Positions 61,654 to 64,000 of a stretch of DNA of 64,000 nucleotides are shown piece after piece. A program made the translations under genes and the position numbers. The notes beneath the pieces are model-generated. The model was not told where the DNA came from. It searched no databases and saw nothing but the letters and a program-made list of their open reading frames with translations. This DNA is from Lobosporangium transversale (lineage: Eukaryota), in NCBI RefSeq assembly GCF_002105155.1, contig NW_019028997.1, forward strand, positions 62,001 to 126,000, given 5' to 3'. Numbering within the stretch: the stretch's first letter is position 1; the number at the start of each line of letters is the position of its first letter.

Positions 61654-64000
61654 TTATTTGTAGAGCCAGTCTAGTGCATCATTACTTTTGTTTGGACGAT
61701 GGCCCCAGATCCAGTTCCAAATACGATGCCACGTATCTCTTGTCCAATGCATTGCATTACTGCAGATTGAATTGGTGTATGCCAACCATTCAGCTGCTCG
61801 ATTTAATGCAAAACGAACATTGCTTTGATGATAGTGATCGAGAGTTTGCGCATCATTGGGGAATTCCCAAAGGTCATGGCAGTAAGCTAATGTCTCCATC
61901 CCAAATCCATCATCTAATAATGTGTAGAACCCAACCTGACTAGGGACATAGTCCCTCCTATTATACCTGACAATCTTCGAAGCATGCTCTCTCATATCAG
62001 CCTGATGGGTTTGTGTTAATTGAGGCCTATAGGAGGATAGTATGTCGTTTGAGTACGAGCACAAATTAGGAAAACACAAGGGTTACATCTGAATTATTGG
62101 TCATTGTCCATTGTTTTACCTAAATAAAAAACCCATAATAACGAGTTGCATCACCACTGACACTACCATCCAGAAAAGAAATCGCGCTGTCCAGCCCGGC
62201 ATTTTAGCACATATGGACTTAGTGCAGCTTGCAGCTTGCGTCGCATATCTTTCTCTCGTATCCACAGGATGAGGATGATTTAATGGAAACGCAAGCGAAC
62301 TCCGCATATTAGGGCCTCGGTATTCAGATTCCACACTGGATCGACTCTCTGCTGTGGGGGACGTGCTATTAGCGCGTTGGGTGCCCCTAAAAGCTTCAAC
62401 AGCCTTTCCACCAGGTAAGCGCATCACGTCACCATTACGATGGGACTCTTCGCTTTCGGAGCTCTCTTTGCTTTTCGATAGACGTCGTGTATTGTGTCTC
62501 CATGATGGAGATTGATATGTATGCCGTGATCTGCGAGCATAGTTACGATGAGCACGATGTGGATAGAGCGTATTCTCCTGTTCCTGATGGTGATGTGAAT
62601 CCGATCTCTCCATTATCCAATGCCGGAGCTGCTGTGATTCAAACTAAATAATGTTCAGATGAAAGTATTAGTAAGATGACTCCAGTGACATTCTCTTCAG
62701 AGATTTGTAGACGAATATAAATATGAGGTTATGACAGTTATTACTTTGGACTGTTCGAGCTCTTTTCGTATAGACTTGACCTCTTGGCTAATGTCTTGGA
62801 GCTTTAGTGGCTGAGTTGATTCGACTTCTCTTCCTGTAGTCATGTTTTCCGAGCTCGAAAGGCTTGAATATGATTTCCTACAGTCCAGCCGTTGCATCTC
62901 AGGCTGCTGTGTGCTCTTTTGTCTAGGCAGCGCAGAGTTGCTGCTGCTATACCCTGTGGACGATTCGGCTGATCTCTCTTCAGTGCTTTGTGTCTCCCAT
63001 GGCGAAGTACCTTGTGTTCCCAAGGAGTCTTCGAGTTCGCTCTCATTCGCTCCTGGATCATGTACATTCATCCGCTCTTTACATGTAGTAATTTCTTCCG
63101 CAGGGTCATCTTGAGGGCCACTTTCGATAGCCGTTGGGAGATTGCTCACTCCTGTAGATCCTTGTCGCTTTAACGGGTTTTGCTTTGGATTGGGGACTCT
63201 GAGGGTCCGTATTCTTCGCTCGAGTCTCTCCGCAGCAATAGGCTTTTTTATCTGATTCATCTCTACTTGATCTTCCGCTAGGATTTTAGAAGACACTAGT
63301 TTTGAACGCTGAAGTTGTGTAATGACTGGAGATGTAGTCGTGTCAGTGCTTAGAAGTGTGGAGTCTCGCCTGGCAAACTGAGCATTTTTCTGTGATCTTC
63401 TACTGTTATCGTCTTCATCTCCAGATGCTGCTCGTTCGAGCTCCGATAGTCTTCTTTCTCCCTCTCCGGTAGTAGTATGCTTGGTGTTTTGATTATGGTC
63501 TGCTCCTTTAAGATGGAGTTTCTTGTTGATGGAAGAGTGTGTAGAACTATAATCAAAGGTATACTGTCCCGAATCGCTGGAATCCCTCATCTCATGTATG
63601 CGGTTATGCTGTTGGTCTGTAGTGGACTGTAACTCATAGAGGGACTCATATCGTCTTGTATTCGAGCTGGAGTTTTTATGTTTAATAAGGCAAGTAATAG
63701 GATGATTTTGCCGTAAGTCTATACTCGAAAATCCAGTAGTCTTTTCTTTACTTTCAACGTCCTGATATCGAGCTAAACTTGGGATATGTGATCTACTTCC
63801 ACCCTGCTGATATACGTAAAGTTTACGATCTGCAACTGATTGAGATTCATCTTGAGTTAGCTCCCAGTTGATTTTACTCGCAGGAATGTGCACGACTGAG
63901 CTTTCTTTGTTGTAATCATTTTGCTGTAGGATGAGATTAGTTGCAGTGGCAGTACTGTAACTTCTTTCAAGTGTCTGTTGAGGCTGTTGTATATCCCGCC
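61654..64000 (-). CDS. Hypothetical protein with long disordered region and a C-terminal TM segment; 5' end outside the window
   Basis: Consecutive minus-strand ORFs 62697-63893+, 62116-62613 and 61654-62030 separated by short GT-AG introns; TM 'FLFWMVVSVVMQLVIMGFLF'. Confidence 0.65.

Overview
This is an intron-rich eukaryotic (fungal) genomic window. The gene content, the Crinkler-type remnant and the long poly-A/T intron tracts suggest an early-diverging Mucoromycota/Mortierellaceae fungus (inference). It holds about 15 spliced or intact protein genes: SPT2-like (running off the left edge), a class-3 lipase, a GT-A glycosyltransferase, a GH18 chitinase with two CBM5/12 modules, D-amino-acid oxidase, an intronless orphan membrane protein, an SLC35F transporter, PAAF1/Rpn14, an SxIP-rich disordered protein, RAB3GAP1, TRAPPC10/Trs130, an orphan, an arrestin-fold protein with a frameshift, an HSL-family hydrolase and a gene running off the right edge. 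There is also one tRNA-Leu(CAA). Two mobile-element graveyards lie between genes. The first (~2.9-7.2 kb) has a hAT-type MITE, a Tc1/mariner-type MITE and a decayed Crinkler-like gene. The second (~10.5-16.8 kb) has a Crypton tyrosine-recombinase element with two nonsense codons, three non-LTR retrotransposon 3' fragments, a 53-bp hAT MITE of the same family as the first, and a tRNA-derived head next to a LINE tail. No prokaryote-type defence system or CRISPR array is seen. All family calls come from motif recognition by eye, not database searches, and exon boundaries are manual.
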